In this document: in pieces, positions 47,413 to 57,052 of the stretch
How the letters are laid out: each line of letters opens with the position of its first letter
Position numbering within the stretch: the first letter of the stretch is position 1
DNA from: a virus
Virus record (IMG/VR): IMGVR_UViG_3300014039_000016
Coordinates: 72,829 to 136,828 of that record
Reading direction: 5' to 3' (one strand)
Length of the DNA: 64,000 nucleotides
The notes under the pieces: generated by a model
The model's input: the letters and a program-made list of their open reading frames with translations, nothing else
The model's database searches: none
What the model was told of the DNA's origin: nothing
Position numbers and translations under genes: made by a program

Positions 47413-48296
47413 TTAAAGATACTCATATGTCCGCATAATGTACATTCACCTATGCGGCAATCCTGTGGGCATTCACTAACACGATAATTTTTTATTGGTA
47501 TCATGTTATGACAAGGAATAGCTATGTTCTTTTCAATATAAACATAATCATTATCTCGTGAGCATCTCATTCCTTTTGTATTGATAGCAATGCCATCTCT
47601 ACCAAACTGTTTTAAGACTTCATTACGAGTTGGATAAGTTTTTTCAGTACCGTCATCAAAGATTACTAAATATCTATCTCCAACTTTATAATTTCTAATT
47701 TTGTCTCCGCGTTTAGAAGTATCTAATAAGTCTTCTTCGCACATATAGTGACAGTTAATTTCTTCACATTTTTTTATAAAATCTTCAACCTGTTCATTTC
47801 CATTAGTAATAACTGTTTCACATTTAAAATTGTTACCTAAAGCTTCATTTAATACTTTAGCTTTCTCCATGAAAGTATCTAAATCCGCATATTCATAATG
47901 AAAACTTGCAGTCATTGAGAGAACTTTATTATGAGATGTAGCAACTTCATTAAGTACTAAAAAGTATTCCGCAGGCTTTGAAAGATTAGTTGTAATATTA
48001 ATCTTAGCAATAGGATAACTTTCATATAACTTATCTAATAAAATTCTTAAATCTTTAAATAAAGAAATCTCTCCACCAATTAAGTCTATCTTAACTTTTT
48101 TCTTATTTATCGTATAAAGTTCTTCCGCAATTCTAATAATATCATCTGCCGCGTCTAAACAAGTTGCAAAATCATAAATGAGATTACTTTCAGTTTGAAT
48201 AAAATCTCTACGAATACAATAGCTACAATGATAATTGCAAATATCTGTTAAACGCCATTTTATAACACACATTGTATCTAAATCAACAATCTTCAT
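47409..48296 (-). CDS. radical SAM enzyme with C-terminal Cys-rich (SPASM/twitch-like) region
   Basis: CNYHCSYC (Cx3Cx2C) near the N-terminus and C-terminal CPQDCRIGECTLCGH. Confidence 0.7.
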   Translation of the reverse strand: MKIVDLDTMCVIKWRLTDICNYHCSYCIRRDFIQTESNLIYDFATCLDAADDIIRIAEELYTINKKKVKIDLIGGEISLFKDLRILLDKLYESYPIAKINITTNLSKPAEYFLVLNEVATSHNKVLSMTASFHYEYADLDTFMEKAKVLNEALGNNFKCETVITNGNEQVEDFIKKCEEINCHYMCEEDLLDTSKRGDKIRNYKVGDRYLVIFDDGTEKTYPTRNEVLKQFGRDGIAINTKGMRCSRDNDYVYIEKNIAIPCHNMIPIKNYRVSECPQDCRIGECTLCGHMSIFN

Positions 48297-48326
48297 TAAT
48301 ATTTCCCTTTCATCTTTTCTATAATA

Positions 48327-48356
48327 ATTATATCATAAAATTTTTAAAAAAGCAAA
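48327..48356 (-). promoter_or_regulatory. sigma-70-type promoter (weak -35) upstream of the radical SAM gene
   Basis: attatatcata with a TTGCT-like -35. Confidence 0.4.
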
Positions 48357-48361
48357 ATATT

Positions 48362-50737
48362 TTATCTAAAGATAATCTCAACAACAGAATCAGAATTTTC
48401 TTTAATTACTCTATACGCATTTGCGGCAGTTCTCTCACATGCAGTAGCTATTCCATTAGCACCAACTGTAACATAACCATTAACCCGAGCTGTACCGTCA
48501 TGACGAACTGGTAAAACACCCAACATACCGACAGCCGCCCATTCTGGTCTATCAAATCTTGACTTGTACTCTTGTGAACTATCATAATTAGGATTTAAAA
48601 CAAATCTAGTTCCTTCGTATTCGCCTTCAACAACTTGATTTTCATATTTTTTAGTTTCTTTATTCTTAACTTGAATTATCTTTGGAGCTGGTTCTTCTTT
48701 TAATCTGCGGAATTCGTCTCTAAGATACATACCATTCCAAACATCGCAATCTCCATTACCTAAAACAAAAGGTGCGCCAGAGATAACACCTAAAATATAA
48801 TCATCATCAGCTTCCGCTATTTTAATTTTATCTCCATCAAGAGTTACAAAATAACCAACTCTATCTTCTGCATTAGGATTCTCATCAAGCCATTCAAAAA
48901 ATTCAGCATAATCCGCAGTTGTAGAAGCGGTAATTGTATTTGCAGCTTTTGTTATACCAGAGAATTGAACAGAAAAAGCATTTGACCTTGCACTCTCACT
49001 AGCTCCATTACCTATTGCAAGTGCAGTGCCAACTTTGTTAGATGATGTACCACCTGTAGTCATTGCGGCATTAAAATGTCCCATTGCATAAGAACACCAA
49101 TTAGATGCTTTTGTAGAATCACCACTAGCATGAGAGTAATAACCTTCAGCTATAGTAAAACTCCCTTCTGAAAAAGAAGCATATCCTGAAGCTGTTGAGC
49201 TATCACCTATTGCAAAAGAAGAGGCTCCAGACGCTTTTGATTCAATGCCTCCTGCAAAACTACTCTGTCCGGAAGCTATTGTTGAACAGCCAGAGGCAAA
49301 AGCTGTTATTCCAGAAGCTACTGTACTACAACCTTGTGCATGTGACCTTATACCAGATGCTTCTGTATAAACACCTTCAGCATGTGAATAATGTCCTGAT
49401 GCAGTGTTACCACCACCTTCACAATGCGAAGCTGCGCCTGAAGCAGTTGAAAGTGTATAATTCTTATTAAAACTAACAGCAATCCAAATTTTTTCAAGAT
49501 TCTTATTTAAAAGAGATTTTATAATACTTTCATCTGTAAAATTAGGATTTCCAAAATACATTGCTGGTTTATTAATTACACTTGAAATTGTAACTTGTTT
49601 TACTTGAGAGGAAGTAAAACTATAAAATTCATCTACTGTAAGTGGATTATCAAATAAATGAACTACATCTTCGCCATTATCTATACCTGCTTGAATAGCA
49701 TCCGGTAAATAAGATAAAGCTGATGAATTATTTGTATAATACATATAATATTTTACATCTGTTAATCCAGTTGTAGTTTTTACAGTATTTAATTGGCTTG
49801 CAGGTATTTCTTTTATTGTAATATCAACTTCTGTATAATAATCACTACCTTGACCCATATATCCAACAGCATAAGTACCTTCAACATGTGCGCCTACGCC
49901 TGTAGCTTTTCCGCCAAGACCTTCAGAATAGGAACCACGTCTTGTTGCAAAAGTACCACAACCAGAGGCATGAGATATACTACCAGAAGCTGTTACATAT
50001 TTACCTTCTGCATGAGATGCGTAACCTGAAGCTGTAGTATAGATTCCTTCAGCAGTTGCGTATTGTCCTACTATAGAATCTTTTATTGCTCCAGCTGTTA
50101 CTCTTCCAGTAGGTTTTTCATATGCTGCTTTAATTGCACCAGTTAAACTACCGTCTCCAATAGTAGAAATATCAGATTTTCCTAATGTTGTTTGTATTGT
50201 ATCATTACCAAAAGTAATATCATTATCGTCAGTTCCAGTTGTCTTTATTGTAATATCTCCCGCAGCATAAGATTCAATAGTATCTTTTGAGTCAAGTACA
50301 AAACTATCTCCTGCATTTAAAGTTAAAGTACTTCCTGCAGAAATCGTACAATCGTTATTGTCTGCATTAATATCTACTGCATCTGAATCACTAATACTAA
50401 TTACAGAAGTATTTTTTACTTTTAAATCAATACCCATTGTCGAATTAAGAGTTGTAGTAATATCTCCTTCTTCATTGGTAACATTAAGTCCCTTTTTTAT
50501 ATCTTGTAAATACATTTTATCTTCAGTACTTAATAAACCGGCTTTTGATGTTGTAGCTTCTTCATATGTAGTATCAGTAAACTTCGCAGTGCTTGGAACA
50601 TCTATATTAACAGTATGATTATTAACTTTTATTGCATTATCTGCGGCAGCCGCAGATGCAACTTTAGCCTTGCTAATATACTCTTTTAACTTGGCAGTAT
50701 ATTTAGTTAAGCCAGTTTTAGTTAAATATTTACCCAT
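48362..50737 (-). CDS. repeat-rich fibre/tail-fibre-like structural protein
   Basis: Many degenerate Y-x-ASG-x-SHAEG / TASGxxSHA repeats over about 400 aa and a C-terminal beta-rich domain. Confidence 0.45.
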   Translation of the reverse strand: MGKYLTKTGLTKYTAKLKEYISKAKVASAAAADNAIKVNNHTVNIDVPSTAKFTDTTYEEATTSKAGLLSTEDKMYLQDIKKGLNVTNEEGDITTTLNSTMGIDLKVKNTSVISISDSDAVDINADNNDCTISAGSTLTLNAGDSFVLDSKDTIESYAAGDITIKTTGTDDNDITFGNDTIQTTLGKSDISTIGDGSLTGAIKAAYEKPTGRVTAGAIKDSIVGQYATAEGIYTTASGYASHAEGKYVTASGSISHASGCGTFATRRGSYSEGLGGKATGVGAHVEGTYAVGYMGQGSDYYTEVDITIKEIPASQLNTVKTTTGLTDVKYYMYYTNNSSALSYLPDAIQAGIDNGEDVVHLFDNPLTVDEFYSFTSSQVKQVTISSVINKPAMYFGNPNFTDESIIKSLLNKNLEKIWIAVSFNKNYTLSTASGAASHCEGGGNTASGHYSHAEGVYTEASGIRSHAQGCSTVASGITAFASGCSTIASGQSSFAGGIESKASGASSFAIGDSSTASGYASFSEGSFTIAEGYYSHASGDSTKASNWCSYAMGHFNAAMTTGGTSSNKVGTALAIGNGASESARSNAFSVQFSGITKAANTITASTTADYAEFFEWLDENPNAEDRVGYFVTLDGDKIKIAEADDDYILGVISGAPFVLGNGDCDVWNGMYLRDEFRRLKEEPAPKIIQVKNKETKKYENQVVEGEYEGTRFVLNPNYDSSQEYKSRFDRPEWAAVGMLGVLPVRHDGTARVNGYVTVGANGIATACERTAANAYRVIKENSDSVVEIIFR

Positions 50738-50752
50738 TTTATTCTCCTTTCT

Positions 50753-50790
50753 AAATAAATAAAAAAAGAACGAGAATTACTTCTCGTTCT
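50753..50790 (-). terminator. rho-independent terminator overlapping the GT2 stop codon
   Basis: AGAACGAGAA/TTCTCGTTCT stem followed by TTTTTTTATTT. Confidence 0.55.
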
Positions 50791-51970
50791 TTTCATCTAC
50801 TGTATAAACATAACCTTCATCACCTAATACACCGGATTTCTTATCTAAATCAATAACCCATTTAGGTAATTTTTCTCTAAGTGCATCAAATTCTTCTTTT
50901 CCGCCATAAGGTTCTGTTTTTACTTTATTCATAAATTCAAAAAATGTAATTTCTGGAATTATGTTTATCATATCCTGAGCCATTCCCGCGTATTGAGCGG
51001 TATACATAGTTTTTAAAATCTCTTCATCAATCTGATTTTCAATTTCTTTATAACAACTATGATAGAATCTTTTTGCATTAAAGAGATTCTGTTCTGCAAA
51101 CATTGGTTTTTCATTTAAACACTTAATATAACTGAAGTAATGGGAAACCATCTGCTCGACTGTAAATCGAGTAATCCCTCCATTGAAAGGATTTTTCTTT
51201 TTACAGAACTTAATTGCATTAATTGCCGCAGCAGTTGAACCAACAAGACATAAATCCCAGTTATATAATGGAATTCCGCCATTCTCTTCCATACCTATTC
51301 TTGTAATAGAATGTTCTGAACCAGTTCTCCAAAGATAGATAGGGTCTTCAATACGATTTATCATTAATGGAGAGCCTTCTATACTCATGCGAATCTCCCA
51401 GTTGAACTGTCCGTCTTCCATAGCTCGCAGCTCAGAGAACTTAATTCCAGCTTCTCTGAGGAATGAAACTCGGTATAAGCGCCCAAAGACCCACGGGTGA
51501 GTAACATCATTGCGCGGCATCATTCTCGGAGGCACGCCCTGCCCCATTTGAATTAATTGTTGCTTTTCCGCGGCGCTCATTTTACCTTGTTCTATCTCTT
51601 GGAAGAATGGACCTTGTACTTCAATACAATTTGGAGTTGTATTATCTAATAAACTTTCAATAGAGAATGGTGAAATAAAAATATCATCAGCATCTATAAA
51701 AGTTATCCATTCTGCAGTGCATGCCTCTAGCGCTCTTTGTCTTGCAATACCAGGACCCGCATTTTTATCACAATTTACTGTAATAATTTCTAAATCTGGA
51801 TATAATGTTTTTAAGAAATCATATTTCCCATTATCCGCGGGGTCATCATTAGCAATAATAACCTGACATCTATTCTTATAACTCTGTATTTGAATAGATG
51901 CCAAAGTATCCTTTATTGTTTCTATTGCATGAAAAGCAGGAATTCCAATAGCTACATCTTTCTTACTCAT
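50777..51970 (-). CDS. family 2 glycosyltransferase
   Basis: GT-A fold: GIPAFHAIETIKDTLASIQIQSY...IANDD and DxD FIDADD. Confidence 0.8.
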   Translation of the reverse strand: MSKKDVAIGIPAFHAIETIKDTLASIQIQSYKNRCQVIIANDDPADNGKYDFLKTLYPDLEIITVNCDKNAGPGIARQRALEACTAEWITFIDADDIFISPFSIESLLDNTTPNCIEVQGPFFQEIEQGKMSAAEKQQLIQMGQGVPPRMMPRNDVTHPWVFGRLYRVSFLREAGIKFSELRAMEDGQFNWEIRMSIEGSPLMINRIEDPIYLWRTGSEHSITRIGMEENGGIPLYNWDLCLVGSTAAAINAIKFCKKKNPFNGGITRFTVEQMVSHYFSYIKCLNEKPMFAEQNLFNAKRFYHSCYKEIENQIDEEILKTMYTAQYAGMAQDMINIIPEITFFEFMNKVKTEPYGGKEEFDALREKLPKWVIDLDKKSGVLGDEGYVYTVDEKNEK

Positions 51971-52022
51971 TGCAATAATCTCCTTTTATCTCTTTTATTT
52001 AATTATATCATATTTTTTAGAA

Positions 52023-53228
52023 TTACGCAAACATTGCTGCAATCTCATCCTCTGTGATAGGAGTAAGCTCTTCCGCAGTTTCATCAACTACAATAGTGAT
52101 TGTGGTATCATCAATCTTACCCTCAATCTTAGCCGCAGCTATCTCTGATTCTGTTCCCATAAATACACGAGAATCGATATATGCTTTAACTGTTGATGCT
52201 TTTGCATTAACTTTATAATCTGTTCCAAGAACAGAAGTTAAGAATGCTTCATCAATAGCAACTTCCGCATAAGTAGGTGTTGCACTATCACTTGAAGCTA
52301 CTGTGCAAATATATAACTTATTTCCGCTTAAATATACTTCACCAACTTTAGCTGTTGTTGGAAGTGTCTCAATAGTTCCTTTAAATACAAGAGCGTCACC
52401 AGTTGCAGCAATACTATCTAATACTTCTTGTGATAACATAGCTTTTGTGATTGCCGTGTTATCAATAGTTGCAGAAATCTTATTATTAGAACCAACAACT
52501 ACTTTAACAACGCCATTGTCAGTACCTTCATAAACATCAACTAAATCTTTAACATAGATATAGATTTTTTGATTATCAGCAGTTCCATCTTGAGCATTAA
52601 TAACTAATTCAATATACTTACCAAGTTTTTCATCTGTTACACCATCTGGTAATGCAGAAATATTTTCACCATCTTGATAATATAATTCGCCAATCTTGGT
52701 AAATTCAGTTACCTTACCTGATTTAACTAAAAAATCTTTAGGAATATCAATTTTACCAATTTCTGCGCCATTCTGTGTAAAAGTATATGTCTTTAAAGCA
52801 CCTTCTGTTGTAGTGCTAGTTGCAATAGATACTGTTGCATGTTCTTTAATCAAATTCTTAATAGAGCCTTCAACACTATCTTCACCTTCAAGTTTAGCAA
52901 TTTCTTTTTGTAAATTATCAATATCTGTAGTGATAGAAGTAATATCTACTGATACTTTATCTGTTTTATCTTCATTAAAGAATAAATCAATATAGACTTT
53001 ATCAATATCTTCTCTAAGTTCACCAGATTTTAATACTTTACTAAAAGGAATATTTATTTTAGATGCTGTTCCTGTAGGTAAACCTGAATCATTAACACCT
53101 TGATAAATTTCATAAGTTGCGGCATAGCCAGTTTCAGGTGTCTCTGCAGCTTTGATATAAACTTTATTATATTTTTTAATTGCCGCGTCATAAACTACAA
53201 GACCTTCTTTATCTAAATATTGCGCCAT
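52023..53228 (-). CDS. hypothetical structural protein
   Basis: Thr/Val/Ala-rich. Sits in the structural/lysis block. Confidence 0.35.
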   Translation of the reverse strand: MAQYLDKEGLVVYDAAIKKYNKVYIKAAETPETGYAATYEIYQGVNDSGLPTGTASKINIPFSKVLKSGELREDIDKVYIDLFFNEDKTDKVSVDITSITTDIDNLQKEIAKLEGEDSVEGSIKNLIKEHATVSIATSTTTEGALKTYTFTQNGAEIGKIDIPKDFLVKSGKVTEFTKIGELYYQDGENISALPDGVTDEKLGKYIELVINAQDGTADNQKIYIYVKDLVDVYEGTDNGVVKVVVGSNNKISATIDNTAITKAMLSQEVLDSIAATGDALVFKGTIETLPTTAKVGEVYLSGNKLYICTVASSDSATPTYAEVAIDEAFLTSVLGTDYKVNAKASTVKAYIDSRVFMGTESEIAAAKIEGKIDDTTITIVVDETAEELTPITEDEIAAMFA

Positions 53229-53246
53229 TAAAATTATCTCCTTTCA

Positions 53247-53750
53247 TTAATTAAATAATTCATCAATATCTTCTTTAGTGATTAAACTTTTGTTGATTAT
53301 ATTTTGAACAACTTCTGTATCTATATTCTCTTGAATATATTCTTTTGATATTAAATTCTTAATATAATCATCAGATATATGAATTTTTCCATTCTCTTCT
53401 ATTAAAATAGAATTATTATCAATTATAATTGCACCAAGTTTGTCTTCTGTTGCAATAGGAAGTATATTCGCTATTTCTTTTTTTAACTCATCTTTAGTAT
53501 AATAGTTATCTAAATTAAGTTCAGTACTTCCTATTAAAACCCAATTACTATCAACATACATATATTGATTGTAAGAAGTTTTTTCTGCGGAAGTTGGTAC
53601 AAAATAAATTGTTTTTTCTTTTATATCAACTGTTGGTAATGAATCAACGAATTGAATATCTAATGCACCCACTTTAGAAAAAAGGTAGTCTGCGTATTGC
53701 TTACTAGCTTTTTTAGCAAGCGCATAAGTGACAGCAGAAAATCCGCTCAT
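53247..53750 (-). CDS. hypothetical protein
   Basis: ORF with no confident motif. Confidence 0.35.
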   Translation of the reverse strand: MSGFSAVTYALAKKASKQYADYLFSKVGALDIQFVDSLPTVDIKEKTIYFVPTSAEKTSYNQYMYVDSNWVLIGSTELNLDNYYTKDELKKEIANILPIATEDKLGAIIIDNNSILIEENGKIHISDDYIKNLISKEYIQENIDTEVVQNIINKSLITKEDIDELFN

Positions 53751-53769
53751 TTTAGATTACCTCCTTTTA

Positions 53770-53958
53770 TTAAAGTTCATGCCAGACTCCATCTCCGCCA
53801 AGCATCCAAACAGAAGAATCTTCTAAGCAAACACAAGTACTGCCCGCAATAGCACCTTTACATGTCTCATGTAATGTATCAATATCTGATAAGCTTGTTG
53901 CTACAGCTTCTACTACATAAGCTTCTACTTCGCCTCTCTGTGCGGTAATATCAACCAT
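53770..53958 (-). CDS. small hypothetical protein
   Basis: ORF with no confident motif. Confidence 0.25.
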   Translation of the reverse strand: MVDITAQRGEVEAYVVEAVATSLSDIDTLHETCKGAIAGSTCVCLEDSSVWMLGGDGVWHEL

Positions 53959-54032
53959 TAGAAATTCTCCTTTCTATTATTATTTCCTATTTATTTTTAA
54001 CTTTTATAAATTATAACTTTAACATTTTTGAC

Positions 54033-54072
54033 CAATAAAAAATAAGCCCATGAAGAAAATCCTCATGGGCTT
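54033..54072 (-). terminator. rho-independent terminator after the holin-like gene
   Basis: AAGCCCATGA/TCATGGGCTT stem followed by ATTTTTT. Confidence 0.6.
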
Positions 54073-54076
54073 ATAA

Positions 54077-54406
54077 TTAATTTTCTTTACTTTCATCTAT
54101 ATATTTCTTATATTGCTTAATCATTTGAATAAATTTATCATATCCAAACATTGCAATATAAGCTTCTGCAATGCATAATACTATAATGCCAATTACAATA
54201 ACTGGTGTAACTGTAATTTTTGCATAACAAATATATGCAATTGCCGCAAGAACTGTAATAACAATAGATGTACAAATAGCTAAAATGTTGTTAGGAAAAT
54301 CATTACAGATTTTCTTTTCAACTTCTACAGCTAAACTTGTAACAAAAGCAATAATAATAACTGCAATTAATAATTGTGCAAGTGTTGTTGCTGTCATAAT
54401 ATTCAC
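54077..54406 (-). CDS. holin-like small membrane protein
   Basis: Three predicted TM segments in 109 aa, followed by a terminator. Sits upstream of the endolysin. Confidence 0.4.
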   Translation of the reverse strand: MNIMTATTLAQLLIAVIIIAFVTSLAVEVEKKICNDFPNNILAICTSIVITVLAAIAYICYAKITVTPVIVIGIIVLCIAEAYIAMFGYDKFIQMIKQYKKYIDESKEN

Positions 54407-54411
54407 ACTCC

Positions 54412-54852
54412 TTAAATTTTAGAAGAAGGCGTTTCCGCGATAGCTGTCTTATTCATTAAATTTAACTGTTCTTCATAAGGTTGAGTTGCGTTTGCGGCAT
54501 CCTTCTTAATTTCTGTTGTGTCATAAATTTTGTATTCTGGATAAGCTTTTTGAATGTCTATCATTCTATAAATATTATAAACCATAACATTCGCAAGATA
54601 TTCAGCTTTTGCTTTAATAGAATAAGTAGTTTGCGCAATTGCGCAAAGACTTAGAACAGGTATTAAAACTTCTAATCCGTAATACTGTATTACTTGATAA
54701 TTATACTCATCTTCTGCAATCATAGGTGTAAGCATTAAAGTAAATAACCAAGTAAAATAAGTTAAAAAAGCATAAGGGAGAAAGAGAATTACTTTACTAA
54801 CAGTAACTCTCTTCTCTCTTGATGTAAATAATTTTTTAATAGATTGGAGCAT
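54412..54852 (-). CDS. small membrane protein (holin/antiholin candidate)
   Basis: Two hydrophobic helices. Adjacent to the endolysin. Confidence 0.35.
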   Translation of the reverse strand: MLQSIKKLFTSREKRVTVSKVILFLPYAFLTYFTWLFTLMLTPMIAEDEYNYQVIQYYGLEVLIPVLSLCAIAQTTYSIKAKAEYLANVMVYNIYRMIDIQKAYPEYKIYDTTEIKKDAANATQPYEEQLNLMNKTAIAETPSSKI

Positions 54853-54864
54853 TTAAGCACCTCC

Positions 54865-55761
54865 TTATGCAGGAGTTACTTCTGATGTCCATACCCAAGC
54901 ATAATGTTCGCCATAGATATCAAGTAAAACTTTTTCTCTATCATCAGAGAAACTATTGATTTGATATGTCCTATCTGTATAAGCAAGCGAAGTTCCATTT
55001 ACATCTGTTGAACCTGTAAATAAAACATCCATTCCTTCTTCAAGAGCTGGAGTTGACGATTCCTCTTCCTCTTGTGAATCTGAATAATACTTTTCATTAA
55101 CTCTTGCTTGATATGCGTCATAATCGTATCCTGCTTCAGCTAATCTAGCTCTACGCTCTTCACCATTACCATATTCTCCACGATAAATAGCATCTACTAC
55201 ATCCTCATCTATTGCGGAAGTTGGTGCTTCTGGCTCGACTGGAGTTTCTTCAGGCTGACTGCCGCCATTTACATAATCCCAAACATAATCATTATATACT
55301 CTTAAATCAAAATCATTAATAATATCTAATGTTGTTTGATAGTAGTCTGGTGCGGTTGCATACTTAAGACCAATATCATTAGTAAGACCTTCAAGTTCTC
55401 CTTCCACTGTGTTTGCAGAAGTTGCATCATCATAATTCTCCCATTGCATAAGGTCGTAGTAACCCTGTACAGCGCCCGCAATATCTGGATAAGATGCAAA
55501 GCCATCCTGTATATTTACATACTCGCCATTGATATATTCTGTTGTATCTAATGTAACATCATTACCTTTAATACCAAATAGAGTTGCTGCATTAAGATTC
55601 CAACCGGATTCTTTTCCGCCTTGTGCGATTACAACTGCAGGAGAAATTGTTTTCTGACCAGCTTCTCTACGCTTAACCCATTCATTACAAACAATAGGAG
55701 CAAGAGTATTTACAAAATGATTTACATGGTCATATCTTGTGTTAGTTACTGGAAAATCCAT
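54865..55761 (-). CDS. endolysin, N-acetylglucosaminidase (Glucosaminidase/FlgJ-like) domain
   Basis: VVIAQGGKESGWN matches the SGWG catalytic motif. The C-terminal acidic region may bind cell wall. Confidence 0.7.
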   Translation of the reverse strand: MDFPVTNTRYDHVNHFVNTLAPIVCNEWVKRREAGQKTISPAVVIAQGGKESGWNLNAATLFGIKGNDVTLDTTEYINGEYVNIQDGFASYPDIAGAVQGYYDLMQWENYDDATSANTVEGELEGLTNDIGLKYATAPDYYQTTLDIINDFDLRVYNDYVWDYVNGGSQPEETPVEPEAPTSAIDEDVVDAIYRGEYGNGEERRARLAEAGYDYDAYQARVNEKYYSDSQEEEESSTPALEEGMDVLFTGSTDVNGTSLAYTDRTYQINSFSDDREKVLLDIYGEHYAWVWTSEVTPA

Positions 55762-55916
55762 TATTATTTCCTCCTTTTTTATTCTTCAATTAATATGAAA
55801 AAAGGACAAATCAATTTTACTTGATTTGTCCTTAATTCTAAAATTTGATTTGAAAAATTCCAAAAGGTGTTTTTGTTTCCTGCGGACGGGCGTTAGCCTG
55901 CCTAGCAGATAAAGAA

Positions 55917-56144
55917 TTACTGAGCGTCTCTTTCCTTTTCTAATATTGCAATCTTTTCTTTCTCTTCTGCAATGTAGTTAGTTAAGTTCTTAATCATTCT
56001 TTCACGACCTTCTTCGTGACCACCCATCTCTTCAAGTTCTCTCTTATTAACCTCAATCATACGATACATCTGGTCAATCATTGCCTGATGTCCCGCAATC
56101 TTAGAAGTAATACTTTCTTCTGGCATATGGTCAATATCTGGCAT
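55917..56144 (-). CDS. small hypothetical protein
   Basis: ORF with no confident motif. Confidence 0.3.
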   Translation of the reverse strand: MPDIDHMPEESITSKIAGHQAMIDQMYRMIEVNKRELEEMGGHEEGRERMIKNLTNYIAEEKEKIAILEKERDAQ

Positions 56145-56281
56145 ATCCTTATTCCTCCTTAATCTAAAAATAAGCGCACTTTAATATCTAAAGTACGCTT
56201 TAATTAAAACTAGACAGGTTTATTCTAAGGTTTTTTTGCTAAACTTACTTATTATAAATAATTTGCTGCTTCTGTCTAAAA

Positions 56282-56390
56282 ACCATCAAAAGGGACTTGA
56301 ACCCAATATAGACAATCTTAATTTTTACTCTTACATAATTGTCAACACTTTAAGAGTAAGTGTAGCCTTTCCTTTCAGCTAACATGATGG
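56282..56390 (-). ncRNA. tRNA-like RNA (109 nt) with a 9-bp hairpin and 17-nt loop where the anticodon arm should be
   Basis: Acceptor CCATCAT/TTGATGG (6 of 7 paired), D-arm TAGC...GG...GCTA, long variable hairpin and T-loop TTCAAGT. The central stem is TTACTCTTA/TAAGAGTAA. Confidence 0.4.
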
Positions 56391-56397
56391 CTATAAG

Positions 56398-56469
56398 CAC
56401 GCCCAGCAGGAGTCGAACCCACATACACTGTTTTGGAGACAGTAGTCCTAGCCATTAAACGACAGGCGT
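56398..56469 (-). tRNA. tRNA-Trp(CCA)
   Basis: Anticodon arm ACTGT-CTCCAAA-ACAGT and T-loop TTCGACT. Confidence 0.75.
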
Positions 56470-56522
56470 GTATCTGCGGCAGGTGACGAATCCTGCCATG
56501 TAGATGTCGTCATCACCTACAG

Positions 56523-56608
56523 CGCCGCGCCTGAGATTCGAACTCAGATACCCCTCACGAGGATGCATGTTTTCAAGACATGTGCTGTACCAGTTGAGCC
56601 AACGCGGC
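56523..56608 (-). tRNA. tRNA-Ser(UGA), class II
   Basis: Anticodon loop CTTGAAA, an 18-nt variable arm and T-arm CTGAG-TTCGAAT-CTCAG. Confidence 0.75.
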
Positions 56609-56614
56609 AGTAAA

Positions 56615-56686
56615 TGCGGGAACGGAGACTCGAACTCCAACTGAGTGGTTCGTAGCCACTTCGTCTATCCATTAGCGTATTCCCGC
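56615..56686 (-). tRNA. tRNA-Arg(ACG)
   Basis: Anticodon arm AGTGG-CTACGAA-CCACT and T-loop TTCGAGT. Confidence 0.75.
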
Positions 56687-56689
56687 AAA

Positions 56690-56774
56690 CGCGGGCACTA
56701 AGATTCGAACTTAGACACCCCGCATGAGGTGGAAGCATTAGCAATGCTCTGCGATACCTTTACGCCATACCCGC
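56690..56774 (-). tRNA. tRNA-Ser(GCU), class II
   Basis: Anticodon arm GAGCA-TTGCTAA-TGCTT, a long variable arm and T-arm CTAAG-TTCGAAT-CTTAG. Confidence 0.75.
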
Positions 56775-56776
56775 AA

Positions 56777-57052
56777 TCATTTATTTCTATAAACCTGAAG
56801 CCATGTTCGATAAGCTCTTTTATAATCGGTATCACTCCATCTTAAACAGCTTAAACAATAGGTTTCCCAAAAAGCAAAGTCTTTGTATTCACAAATATCA
56901 TACTTTTCATAAATCTTTTTATAATTATTTCTTTTGATAACTTCATCTGGATGTTGTTTTAACCACATACGGACTGTTGAATTAGCAATTCTTTTTTTCT
57001 CTTTTCCTTTATGGTCACAATACCAAGTATGTTTTTTATAACTTCTGCTCAC
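56777..57052 (-). CDS. hypothetical basic protein
   Basis: GTG start with AAAGGAGG 8 nt upstream. An 11-codon uORF with its own strong SD lies immediately upstream. Confidence 0.35.
   Translation of the reverse strand: MSRSYKKHTWYCDHKGKEKKRIANSTVRMWLKQHPDEVIKRNNYKKIYEKYDICEYKDFAFWETYCLSCLRWSDTDYKRAYRTWLQVYRNK

Noticed and set aside
56476-56520. Imperfect hairpin GGTGACG...CGTCATCACC between tRNA-Trp and tRNA-Ser, considered as an extra tRNA
   Set aside because: No T-loop consensus or acceptor pairing. It is more likely an RNA-processing spacer hairpin.
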